Source: Octopus bimaculoides
Lineage: Eukaryota
Length of the DNA: 33,661 nt
Assembly (NCBI RefSeq): GCF_001194135.2
Contig: NC_069004.1
Location: forward strand, 14,260,941 to 14,294,601
Direction of reading: 5' to 3'
How positions within the stretch are numbered: position 1 is the stretch's first letter; each line of letters starts with the position of its first letter. Of the stretch, positions 20,986-32,053 are shown in pieces. The position numbers and the translations under genes are program-made. The notes below the pieces were generated by a model, which did no database searches, was not told the DNA's origin, and saw only the letters and a list, made by a program, of their open reading frames with translations.

Positions 20986-21788
20986 CAGGTGTGGTGAATA
21001 AACTGTCATCTAAATTACGCAAAAATTAGAATAACACTGACATCTCATTTTAACAAATATATTTACCAAAATTACGTTAAAATATATTGAAATACTAAAG
21101 AGTAAATTTATTCAATAGAATCGCCAATGGCTTCAAGACAACCATGGCCTCCAGGTGACCATGTTCTCCTGACAACTTCAGAATATCCTGCAACTCTTTT
21201 GAACAGTCTCCTTGTTTAAGCTGGTGAATGTTACCATAATCCTTGCCTTCAGTTCATCTTTGGTGTTACAAGGAGTTTTGTTGGTCTCTTGCTCAACTGG
21301 GGTTGTGGAGTTAGATGACCAAACGTTAGGGGTGATATGATTGCAGACATTGTCTAACAGCCATGATGACTAGGTTCTCCTGCTTGTGTGGCATGGTGCA
21401 GAGTCCTGTTGCCAGACATAGGGTCTTCCAGCAGCCACCCTTTTGACTCAGGGCAGCACTACCTCCTCCAAGCACTTGATGTAGGCCTCCGGTTGAGTCT
21501 GAGTCTGTGTGGGAAGTTGAATGGAGGCATAACGTTGCCATCACCAGTGATCATTCCAAACACCATGATGTTGACTGGATGCTTGATTTTTATCACTCTT
21601 GGTATGTGTCCTCAGATTGCACTGTCCTCAGATTGACACCCATACACTCTGAAATGTCTGTATTAGAGCTTCCAGCACAAATGCCAAGCAATACAGCATG
21701 TTGTTTTCAAATTTCTGGCAAACTGAATTGCGTCATGATGCTGTTTTCTCACAGATGGTGCCCAACTGACCCTACTATACTGTGTAGT
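20986..21788 (-). mobile_element. Internally deleted maT-like (probably DD37D) Tc1/mariner element
   Basis: Terminus CAGGTGTGGTGAATAAACTGTC at 20986. The minus-strand N-terminus MTQFSLPEI*KQHAVLLGICAGSSNTDISECMGVNLRTVQ is fused to PRVIKIKHPVNIMVFG...AYIKCLEEVVLP...YVWQQDSAPCHTSRRT...ITPNVW..NS. The third catalytic residue is deleted, so the D37D spacing is inferred. Confidence 0.7.
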
Positions 21789-21798
21789 NNNNNNNNNN

Positions 21799-22038
21799 TT
21801 GCCAGACATAGGGTCTTCCAGCAGCCACCCTTTTGACTCAGGGCAGCACTACCTCCTCCAAGCACTTGATGTAGGCCTCCGGTTGAGTCTGAGTCTGTGT
21901 GGGAAGTTGAATGGAGGCATAACGTTGCCATCACCAGTGATCATTCCAAACACCATGATGTTGACTGGATGCTTGATTTTTATCACTCTTGGTATGTGTC
22001 CTCAGATTGCACTGTCCTCAGATTGACACCCATACACT
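21799..22038. other. Apparently identical 240-bp duplicate of 21409-21648 between two gaps (probable assembly artefact)
   Basis: No differences seen by eye; bounded by N-runs at 21789-21798 and from 22039. Confidence 0.75.
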
Positions 22039-22250
22039 NNNNNNNNNNNNNNNNNNNNNNNNNNNNNNNNNNNNNNNNNNNNNNNNNNNNNNNNNNNNNN
22101 NNNNNNNNNNNNNNNNNNNNNNNNNNNNNNNNNNNNNNNNNNNNNNNNNNNNNNNNNNNNNNNNNNNNNNNNNNNNNNNNNNNNNNNNNNNNNNNNNNNN
22201 NNNNNNNNNNNNNNNNNNNNNNNNNNNNNNNATATGCATATATGTATATA

Positions 22251-22360
22251 ATGAGGGCCGGCTAAAAAGTTCACAGGCTGACCAAAATACTCTAATGGAA
22301 AATGACCAAATGAGGTTTGTCTTTCAGCATAGTCCCTCTTGCAGTTCACACACTTCTAAC
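22251..22360 (-). mobile_element. Mariner 3' end with TIR
   Basis: The minus strand reads ..KCVNCKRDYAER (mariner C-terminus KCVxxxGDYVEK). The terminal ATGAGGGCCGGCTAAAAAGTTC is mariner-TIR-like and sits next to TA repeats. Confidence 0.65.
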
Positions 22361-22510
22361 AAAAGCTAACAATATCAGCAAATAGCAGCAACAAAATAAA
22401 CAATAACTATGATAATATTATTTTGACATAATTGAACAATTAGAAATAATGATAATTAAATAATAATAAAAACAAAAATAAACATAAAGTGGAACAATGA
22501 ATAAGACTGG

Positions 22511-22730
22511 TAATAATCCTTTCTGCTGCAGGCACAAATCCTGAAATTTGATGAGGAGTGGCTAAGTGGACTACATTGACCCCAGTGTCTGACTAGTACT
22601 TATTTTATTGACCCCGAAAGGATGAAAGGCAAAATTGATATCGGTGGAATTTGAACTCTGAACGTAAGGATGGATGAAATGGCATTAAACATTTCATCCA
22701 GCAAGCTAAAAATTCTGCCAGCTTGCTGCT
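22511..22730 (-). mobile_element. Full-length SINE family C (tRNA-like head plus Meta-like domain)
   Basis: Minus strand: GCAGCAAGCTGGCAGAAT (A box)...GAGTTCAAATTCC (B box)...TTTGCCTTTCATCCTTTCGGGGTCAATAAAATAAGTAC (22594-22634; resembles the MetaSINE central domain as recalled)...CTGGGGTCAATG...AAATTTCAGGATTTGTGCC. Confidence 0.75.
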
Positions 22731-22837
22731 TTAAGAAAGATCCTTTCTGGTTCATATAAACTCCTAGAGTTGGTTTCTGGGGTGTGTATATTCCCCCTGG
22801 ATGGGATGCCCGTCTGTTGCAGGATTACTCCTTTTTG

Positions 22838-22915
22838 CCAGAGAGACGACTGCACTGGTATGATCATGTGATGTGTATGGACGAGAACAGCTGTGTAAAG
22901 AAGTTTGAGATAGAG
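22838..22915 (+). mobile_element. RTE LINE ORF fragment
   Basis: ERRLHWYDHVMCMDENSCVKKF matches the RTE C-terminal motif RRLxWxGHVxRM. Confidence 0.6.
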
Positions 22916-23397
22916 AAACACGAATGACGTTTCAAGCATGGCTCTTTGTCAGAAAGTGGGTAAGTCAAGAGAGAAGGAAATGGAGAAAGGAGCAGAGCCT
23001 GAGAAAAGCACATGTTATAACATGACTGGAAAATAATTGACTGGAAGTTGGAGAGAGATAGAGAATGGGGTTTTGAAGGCAGGTGAATGCAAAAATGGTC
23101 ATTAAAAAAGGCCAAGTGTCAAGTGCTTTGCACATGCATATGCTAAGCACTAGGCATGATACTCTCTGTCATTAAGTCACTATGTAACTTCTGCTGCTTA
23201 TAAATAGTAAAATATACATGCTCATGTATATTTACCCTGTTAGTTCTACTAGACCTGCACACATTTTATATATATTTCCCTCTTGCCTTTTCTTACTCTT
23301 TCTCTCATCCTATTTTTATTTCATTATGCCATGTGGGCAGTGCCTGATGACTGTGCTGGGACACCAGATGTGTTATAAAACAATGTTTGGCATGTTC

Positions 23398-23518
23398 TCA
23401 GCACATGAAACTAATAGTAGCATATAAAAACATATACTGTGCTTATCAAATTATATATTTACCTCTCACCAGATGGAGTACTTTTTTGTTGATCTTAACG
23501 TCATGGAACAGTATACTA
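23398..23518 (+). mobile_element. Solo right arm of the 9117-9413 MITE family
   Basis: CATGAAACTAATAGTAGC...AGATGGAGTACTTTTTTGTTGATC...GGAACAGTATACTA, then (TA)n. Confidence 0.7.
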
Positions 23519-23885
23519 TATATATTAATATATATATATATACTTTTATTCTTTTAATATATATATATATATATATATTAATATTTAGCAGAAGCAACAG
23601 AATGACTCAAGGGCTGGTCCTGAAGACTGTTGCTTCAGCAAAACATTAATAGAAAAACAGATATGTGTGTACGTACGTGTGTGTGTGTGTGTGTGGACAT
23701 GAAGGAACACCTGAAGTAAATCCATTGGCATATAATACTTCCATACTGTTGACATCAGGTAGCCGAATACTGTGAATAGGCATTAAATGGCATACTACAT
23801 GGTGTATACCCAACTATAGAATTTATACTTACAAACACACATACACGCACATGCACACACACACACACACACACACATACAAACA

Positions 23886-23919
<34 letters not shown>

Positions 23920-24037
23920 CATATATACATACATACAAGAGAACAAGAGAATGTTGCTGGAAACTAGTGATACTAAAAATGCAAGTGTCCATGTGGTAAT
24001 ATTAATAGTTTAACTACAAGCTCTGGGTGTGTATGTA

Positions 24038-24086
<49 letters not shown>

Positions 24087-24344
24087 ATGTATATATATAT
24101 GTATGTATCTTGTCAGATGAGTGCCATCCCTTCATTGAACCTTGCACAAGCATTGTGCATGCAGGAGGCTCTTCAGCCCAGCTTCAGTTCTGCAAGAACA
24201 TTTATAGATGTATCACTTGAAATGTCTGTCTCTTGTATTTGTGTGCATCTTGGTCTATGTCGACATACGAAAAAAGATAGATAGATAGATAGATATAGAG
24301 AGCGAGAAAGTGAGGATGAAAGAGTGAAATAGATAGATAGAGAA

Positions 24345-24445
<101 letters not shown>

Positions 24446-24716
24446 TACTAATGTTATATAGTAGTGGTGCTGAACAAGTAGTAGTCTATTAGTAGTTGTA
24501 CTTCTATAAGTCTTCCAATCTATTTCTTCTGTTCTTCTGTCTCTACATCTCTCTTCACATTCTGTCTGCCTGTCTGTCTCTCTCACTTGCTCTCTCTCTC
24601 TCTTTCTCTCTCTCTCTTTCTCTCTCTTTATCTTATTACACACATGCACACACACACACACACACACGTATGTTTATGCATGTGTATACACACACATATC
24701 TACTTACAAGCATACA

Positions 24717-24754
<38 letters not shown>

Positions 24755-24783
24755 CATGTGTATACAAACACACACAGACACAG

Positions 24784-24848
<65 letters not shown>

Positions 24849-24849
<1 letters not shown>

Positions 24850-25744
24850 TGGGTCATCCCATAAATAATGTGGCTTTTTTCAATTGCATGAACTGAAAGT
24901 TGGAGGTGGGTGGGATAAACTACCTGCATCAACTTGTTATAAAAACGTAGTAATTTTACCTTGTACTTATTCTTAGTGAAAATTTTGAAGAGTGCAGTTC
25001 AATTTTAACAGTTATTTTATCATAGCTATCATGGAAGTGACAAAGGAGCATATTCAGCATATTTTGCTTTATGAGTTCAATAAAAGCAATAATGCAACAG
25101 AAAGTGTGAGGAATGTTAATGCAGTATATGGAGATCAGACAATAAGTGTAAGCCAGTGTCAATGGTGGTTCCAGAAATTCTGAGCCTCATCCTTGGAGAT
25201 CTGTAGAGCTTGATGAGGATGTCCTGCAAACCCAGGTGGCACAAAATCTCATCGTGACTGTTGAGGTGCTAACAGGGGAGCTTGGATTTGGTCATTCAAC
25301 CAGTCATTCGAGTCAACGCTAGAAGAAAAGCAACCATCCTTGGTTTCAAGATGAAAGACGCTCTTCCATCAGGATATTGCTCAGCCACATAGAGTGAGGA
25401 TGACATTCTAAAGGCTGGAGCAGTTTGAATGGGAAATGATGCCCCACCCACCATACTTGCTGGACATTGCCCCATCTGATTATCATTTATTCTGTAGTTT
25501 TCAAAATCATTTGACTGAAAAAATACGAATTTTGTAGATAAAGTCAGAACAGTACTGGAGCAGTATTTTTCATCATGGACTAGAGAATTCTGGAGGAGGG
25601 GCCTTGCAAGTCTACCAGATAGATGGAAGAGCATTGTAGAAAATGACGGAGAATATATTTTAGATTAAAAATGAAATTTGTTTATCTTAATTTTGAAAAA
25701 TAAAAGTTGTATAAAAAAACCCACATTATTTATGGGATGACCCA

Positions 25745-25745
<1 letters not shown>
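24849..25745 (+). mobile_element. Mariner (DD34D) element with both TIRs, internally deleted, non-autonomous
   Basis: TIRs TTGGGTCATCCCATAAATAATGTGG (24849) and CCACATTATTTATGGGATGACCCAG (ending 25745), with TA on both sides. The HTH region reads MEVTKEHIQHILLYEFNK...YGDQTISVSQCQWWFQKF. In QDIAQPH...HPPYLLDIAPSDY there are 34 codons between the two Ds. It has stops, frameshifts and no first-D region; 897 bp. Confidence 0.92.
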
Positions 25746-25780
<35 letters not shown>

Positions 25781-26119
25781 TGAGACCCCCTTTGGTCATG
25801 ACTGACCCTGGGATTGTACCTAGAAAGTTACCCTCCCAGGTACAAGTCTGGGCAAGGTTGTTTTATGGAAGACCAGCAGTCGCCCATGCAAACCGGTCTC
25901 CCCTCTCCACATCCACCAGTGTTATCCAAGGGAAAGGCAAAGGGGCCGATACAGCTTGGCACCAGTGACATCGCCACTCATTTCTACAGTTGAATGAACT
26001 AGAGCAACGTGAAATAAAGTGTTTTGCTCAAGACCACAACACGCAGCTCGGTCTAAGATTCGAACTCACAACTTCATGATCGTAAGGTCAAAGCACTAAC
26101 CACTGAGCCATGTGCCTTC
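25781..26119 (-). mobile_element. Full-length SINE family A
   Basis: Colinear with 20304-20634; the minus strand has A box TGGCTCAGTGG and B box GAGTTCGAATC. Confidence 0.88.
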
Positions 26120-26231
26120 ACATACACATGCACGTGTGCACACACACACACACACACACACATACATACATATATATAACTACTTATATATATGTATATA
26201 TATATACATATACATATATATATATATATTG

Positions 26232-26261
<30 letters not shown>

Positions 26262-26265
<4 letters not shown>

Positions 26266-26480
26266 TTTTACTTGTTCCAGTCATTTGATTGTGGCCATGC
26301 TGGAGCACCACCTTTTAGTCAAAGAAATCGACCACTGGACTTATTGTTTGAAATCCTGAAATTTATTCTATTAGTCTGTTTTGCCAAAAGTGTTAAGTTA
26401 TGGGAATGTAAACACACCAACATCAGTTATCAAGCAATGATGCTGGTGGGGAGTGGGGAATTAACACAGACACAAACACT
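26262..26480 (-). mobile_element. 3' half of SINE family B (head possibly in the gap)
   Basis: TTTTACTTGTTCCAGTCATTTGATTGTGGCCATGCTGGAGCACC...GTAAACACACCAACATC; a diverged match to 29570-29755. Confidence 0.8.
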
Positions 26481-26492
26481 CAAATATATACA

Positions 26493-26539
<47 letters not shown>

Positions 26540-27277
26540 NNNNNNNNNNNNNNNNNNNNNNNNNNNNNNNNNNNNNNNNNNNNNNNNNNNNNNNNNNNNN
26601 NNNNNNNNNNNNNNNNNNNNNNNNNNNNNNNNNNNNNNNNNNNNNNNNNNNNNNNNNNNNNNNNNNNNNNNNNNNNNNNNNNNNNNNNNNNNNNNNNNNN
26701 NNNNNNNNNNNNNNNNNNNNNNNNNNNNNNNNNNNNNNNNNNNNNNNNNNNNNNNNNNNNNNNNNNNNNNNNNNNNNNNNNNNNNNNNNNNNNNNNNNNN
26801 NNNNNNNNNNNNNNNNNNNNNNNNNNNNNNNNNNNNNNNNNNNNNNNNNNNNNNNNNNNNNNNNNNNNNNNNNNNNNNNNNNNNNNNNNNNNNNNNNNNN
26901 NNNNNNNNNNNNNNNNNNNNNNNNNNNNNNNNNNNNNNNNNNNNNNNNNNNNNNNNNNNNNNNNNNNNNNNNNNNNNNNNNNNNNNNNNNNNNNNNNNNN
27001 NNNNNNNNNNNNNNNNNNNNNNNNNNNNNNNNNNNNNNNNNNNNNNNNNNNNNNNNNNNNNNNNNNNNNNNNNNNNNNNNNNNNNNNNNNNNNNNNNNNN
27101 NNNNNNNNNNNNNNNNNNNNNNNNNNNNNNNNNNNNNNNNNNNNNNNNNNNNNNNNNNNNNNNNNNNNNNNNNNNNNNNNNNNNNNNNNNNNNNNNNNNN
27201 NNNNNNNNNNNNNNNNNNNNNNNNNNNNNNNNNNNNNNNNNNNNNNNNNNNNNNNNNNNNNNNNNNNNNNNNNNNNC

Positions 27278-27662
27278 TTTTGACTGTGGCCATGCTGGAG
27301 CACCGCCTTTAGTCGAGCAAATCGACCCCAGGACTTATTCTTTGGAAGCCTAGTACTTATTCTTTTGGTCTCTTTTGCCGAACCACTAAGTTACTGGGAC
27401 ATAAACACACCAGCATCGGTTGTCAAGCGATGTTGGGGGGACAAACACAGACATACAAACACATACACACATACATATATATATATATATACATATATAC
27501 GACAGGCTTCTTTCAGTTTCCGTCTACCAAATCCACTCACAAGGCATTGGTCGGCCCGAGGCTATAGTAGAAGACACTTGCCCAAGATGCCATGCAGTGG
27601 GACTGAACCCGGGACCATGTGGTTGGTAAGCAAGCTACTTACCACACAGCCACTCCTACGCC
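27278..27662 (-). mobile_element. Near full-length SINE family B with internal microsatellite
   Basis: Colinear with 29549-29952; internal CA/TA repeat at about 27446-27500; tail cut by the gap. Confidence 0.88.
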
Positions 27663-27825
27663 TATATTCAATATTTTACCCACTTTTTTTTACTTAATTC
27701 ATATATTGTTGATAATTTCAATTGTAATAAATTATTTCCTCTGGCATCCATGCACCGGTCGTTGTTACTGCATCTGCAGGAATTCTGATTTGTGTACCAT
27801 GGTGAAAATCTTCATTTTGATTAAA

Positions 27826-28887
27826 ATGGCACCAAAATGAAAGGAATTGTCTGAAGATTTGAAGAAAATTATATTTAATTTGCACAACAATGGTTTAGGA
27901 TACAAGTTAATTAGCAAATGAATACATATTAGTGTTAACACAGTTGCCAAAGTAGTTCAAAAGTACAAAGCTACTGGAAGACTACGCAACAAAAAATCCT
28001 TCAGGTCATCCTTTTTTTTAACTGCATGTGATATTTGCTACATCCAACATTGCATGATCGACGACAGGCATCGTACCCCTTTATCTTTGGCCCAAGAAGT
28101 GTCTTCTATTAGTGGAAAGAATGTATCTGTCCAAACTGTTTGCTGAGGTTTGAACCAGTGTGGTCTTCATGGATGCATTCCTCGTAGGAAGTCTCTTCTC
28201 ACTACCAGGCATAAACCAAGTTGGCTTTCTTTTGCCGAAACCTATGTGAGAAAGGGGAAGGAGTTTTGGGATAAAATTCTTTTTTTCTGATGAGACTAAA
28301 ATCAACTTGTTTGGGTATTAAACAAGTATGGTGACGACCAGGTGAAGATAATAGTGAGGAATGCACCATGCCTACCGCGAAACATAGTGGTGGAAATGTT
28401 AGGTTTTGGGGATGCATGAGTGTGGCTGGTGTGGGAGGACTCATATATATTGAGAGAACAATGGATTCAAGGCTTTATTGTAACATATTGCAGAAAACAA
28501 TTTTGAAAAGCATCAAAGAACCAGGAAGACATTCCATGTTCCGGCATAATAATGACCCCAAACACACTTCAAAGGTGACGACTAAGTTTTTATCAGATAA
28601 AGAGATAAAGGTATTGTTTTGGCCTTCCATGTCACCTGATTTAAACTCAATAGAACACCTGCAGGGTGTTTTGAAAAGGGAGGTTGTGGAGAAAAACCCC
28701 CACAATGTAACACAGTGGAAAAACATCATTCAGGATGAATGGAGGTTGATCTCATCGGTTATATGTGGAAATTTAGTTGACTCTATGCCCAGGAGACTTA
28801 ATGCAGTCATTGAAAGCAAGGGTAGTTACACCAAATATTGAATATAGCAAAAATCCTTTAGGGTGTACATACTTCTTTGATATACTG
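27826..28887 (+). mobile_element. Tc1-family (DD34E) transposon relic with right TIR
   Basis: MAPK*KELSEDLK...GYKLISK (HTH), FSDETKINLFG, KHSGGNVRFWGCM, FRHNNDPKH...WPSMSPDLNSIE (34 residues, with the second D replaced by N), SMPRRLNAVIESKGSYTKY* (28841). Right TIR GGGTGTACATACTTCTTTGATATACTG at 28861-28887. The left TIR was not found. Confidence 0.92.
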
Positions 28888-28935
28888 TCTATATATATCA
28901 ATATATATATATATATATGTATTATAAATATACAG

Positions 28936-29257
28936 GGATTAGCAATTGAGTTGCTTCTCCAACATACTGAAAATTTAGAAATAGCAGTCAAAGAACTACT
29001 GATTCCAAACTACAAATTTTTCTCTAAAGTGGATGGCGATATTTATGGCACACATAGAACAAAAAACCGGAGGGAAAAGCGTAAACAAACCAAAAAGGCT
29101 TGGTTTGTTTACGCTTTTCCCTCCGGTTTTTTGTTCTATGTGTGCCATAAATATCGCCATCCACTTTAGAGAAAAATTTGTAGTTTGGAATCAGTAGTTC
29201 TTTGACTGCTATTTCTAAATTTTCAGTATGTTGGAGAAGCAACTCAATTGCTAATCC
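28936..29257. repeat. Apparently perfect palindrome: 158-bp arms, 6-bp spacer
   Basis: 28936-29093 is the reverse complement of 29100-29257, with spacer AAAGGC. The ORF track gives the same 53-aa string on both strands. The right arm runs into a gap. Confidence 0.9.
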
Positions 29258-29548
29258 NNNNNNNNNNNNNNNNNNNNNNNNNNNNNNNNNNNNNNNNNNN
29301 NNNNNNNNNNNNNNNNNNNNNNNNNNNNNNNNNNNNNNNNNNNNNNNNNNNTATTTATAATGATAAATAGTTTTACCGATAAAGGTTTTTTTCATACTGA
29401 ACTACTTGGCAGAATTGTTAATTATTAATTCTATTATTAATTGACGATTCTCTGCCCTTATTCTTGTATATATATATATGTATGTATGTATGTATATGTA
29501 TGTATGTATGTATATGTATGTATATATAGATATATATATATGTATGTA

Positions 29549-29952
29549 TTTACACTCTTTTACACTCTTTTACTTGTTTCAGTCATTTGACTGTGGCCAT
29601 GCTGGAGCACCGCCTTTTAGTCGAGCAAATCGACCCCAGGACTTATTCTTTGGAAGCCTAGTACTTATTCTATCGGTCTCTTTTGCCAAACCACTAAGTT
29701 ACGGGGACATAAACACACCAGCATCGGTTGTCAAGCGATGCTGGGAGGACAAACACACACACATAAGCATATATATATACATATATACGACGGGCTTCTT
29801 TCAGTTTCTGTCTACCAAATTCACTCACAATGCTTTGGTCGGCCCGAGGCTATAGTAGAAGACACTTGCCCTAGGTGCCACGCAGTGAGAATGAACCTGG
29901 AACCATGTGATTGGTAAGCAAGCTACTTACCACACACAGCCACTCCTGCGCC
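29549..29952 (-). mobile_element. Full-length SINE family B (tRNA head, CORE-like domain, internal microsatellite, family-C-like module, tandem-repeat tail)
   Basis: Minus strand: GGCGCAGGAGTGGCTGTG (A box)...GGTTCATTCTC (degenerate B box; GGTTCAGTCC in the 27278 copy)...CCTAGGGCAAGTGTCTT...(TA/TG)n at 29752-29788...GACCGATAGAATAAGTAC...CTGGGGTCGATTTGCTCGACT...GGCGGTGCTCCAGCATGGCC...GTAAAAGAGTGTAAAAGAGTGTAA. Confidence 0.9.
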
Positions 29953-30030
29953 TAAAGTACCGTTAACGTCTCCCCGGCGATATATATATATAGTAAGACT
30001 TATTTAATAGAAGATATTACAATATAAAAA

Positions 30031-30245
30031 AAAGGAGACGCATACTCGAGATGTTGTTAATCCATATTTATCATGAAGGCCTCTACATACATTAATGAAC
30101 TTGGTATCTTAAACCTCCTGAAGAGACTGGTGTACTACTGACTATTATTCATCCTGCCAGACATTTTGGAGTGCACCCGTTGAATGTATGTAGAGAACTT
30201 CATGATATAAATGGATTAACAACATCTCGAGCATTCATCTCCTTT
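30031..30245. mobile_element. MITE with TIRs of about 65 bp
   Basis: AAAGGAGACGCATACTCGAGATGTTGTTAATCCAT...TCATGAAG..CTCTACATACATT (30031-30094) is an imperfect reverse complement of 30181-30245. Flanks are TATA-rich. Confidence 0.8.
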
Positions 30246-31127
30246 ATATATATATATATATATATATATATNNNNNNNNNNNNNNNNNNNNNNNNNNNNN
30301 NNNNNNNNNNNNNNNNNNNNNNNNNNNNNNNNNNNNNNNNNNNNNNNNNNNNNNNNNNNNNNNNNNNNNNNNNNNNNNNNNNNNNNNNNNNNNNNNNNNN
30401 NNNNNNNNNNNNNNNNNNNNNNNNNNNNNNNNNNNNNNNNNNNNNNNNNNNNNNNNNNNNNNNNNNNNNNNNNNNNNNNNNNNNNNNNNNNNNNNNNNNN
30501 NNNNNNNNNNNNNNNNNNNNNNNNNNNNNNNNNNNNNNNNNNNNNNNNNNNNNNNNNNNNNNNNNNNNNNNNNNNNNNNNNNNNNNNNNNNNNNNNNNNN
30601 NNNNNNNNNNNNNNNNNNNNNNNNNNNNNNNNNNNNNNNNNNNNNNNNNNNNNNNNNNNNNNNNNNNNNNNNNNNNNNNNNNNNNNNNNNNNNNNNNNNN
30701 NNNNNNNNNNNNNNNNNNNNNNNNNNNNNNNNNNNNNNNNNNNNNNNNNNNNNNNNNNNNNNNNNNNNNNNNNNNNNNNNNNNNNNNNNNNNNNNNNNNN
30801 NNNNNNNNNNNNNNNNNNNNNNNNNNNNNNNNNNNNNNNNNNNNNNNNNNNNNNNNNNNNNNNATATATATATATATATATACATAACATATATAGTTTC
30901 ACTTTAATAGTTTCAGTATTAAAGTGAAAGTATTAAAGTGAAAATATCTGACATTACTATAGAGATGTTATTGTTTCACTTTTGACACGTAATACTGCAA
31001 CAGTGGAGGAGATGTGTTATTGCAAATTGAAAATTAAGTCAAGTGCTCAGCAAGGCACTCCTTCAACTGTCCAGCTGTTATTTTTTCATCAGTAGTGAAG
31101 TTCAGTTTGGGACAGTTCTTGGGTACA

Positions 31128-32000
31128 TGGAAGGTTAAAATATATGGTCAAACTGTATGCATGATTTTACAAATTTTTCACAAACAGAAAGTCTACACCA
31201 AATTCAAAAAGATATTGCAACACTTGCAAATAATGCAGGGTTTGAAGAAGTCATAGAGAATTATGTAGCTGAGATGTTTGTGACCTATAAAGAAAGTTTA
31301 TCTAATAAGGAAATGATGCTGAAAGAACAAAAACAAGCTGAAAATACAGACGTGACTACGGAAATTCAAACAACTGCACGAGATGACTGCAAAGTATATT
31401 GCTGAAGGGTTGGCACTTAGAGAGAAAGGTCTATAAGAAATTGCTGATAACAATCCTAACATAAACATTACAAAAGGAATTTACAATGAGCTTAGTTCCT
31501 ACACTGAGGTGTAAGAAGAGACAACGTGTCATAAACATCAAACAATTTTGGATAAGTCATTCACCCCTCAAGTAGATATTGATGATGATAAACTATGAGA
31601 TAGGAAATAGTGTACTCATCCTCCTAGTAACATTCTTTCTATTACCACTCTTCAGAAAACAGTCATCTATTGTGGTAAAAATATAAGAATATACACTACT
31701 ACAGTATCATAGTACTTATTTATTCCCCAACGAATTCTACTACAAATGTTTTCAAGTATAATAAATAGTGTACTGCGTATGTTTAGAAATTGTTATTTTC
31801 ATGTATAAATGTGATCATGTTACCTGTTTTTGTCTTTTTTTTGTTTTTGGTCTTATTTCCCCCCCAAAATAGTCATTGGAAAGCATTATCACTTTATAAC
31901 ATGAAAATCAATGAGGAAAATTAATTTCGCATTATAGGATTTCAGGCTATGGTGGGTTTTTCAAGGACACACTACTCCCATAATGTGGCAGATTCTTGTG
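31128..32000 (+). mobile_element. pogo/Tigger-like transposon 3' part, decayed
   Basis: MHDFTNF...IQKDIATLANNAGFEEVIENYVAEMF...LSNKEM...; later DNNPN and HQTILDKSF. These match the Tigger C-terminal pattern DFxGF...LAxxxGFxEVxxxDVxELL...QTxLDxF. A possible degenerate TIR ends at about 32000 before TA. Confidence 0.65.
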
Positions 32001-32053
32001 TATATATATATGTGCATGTGTGTGTGTGTGTGTGTGTGTTTGTGGTACCTGGT

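Noticed and set aside
21409-22038. Tandem duplication of the maT fragment
   Set aside because: The copies look identical and the second is bounded by N-runs on both sides, typical of a scaffolding overlap error.
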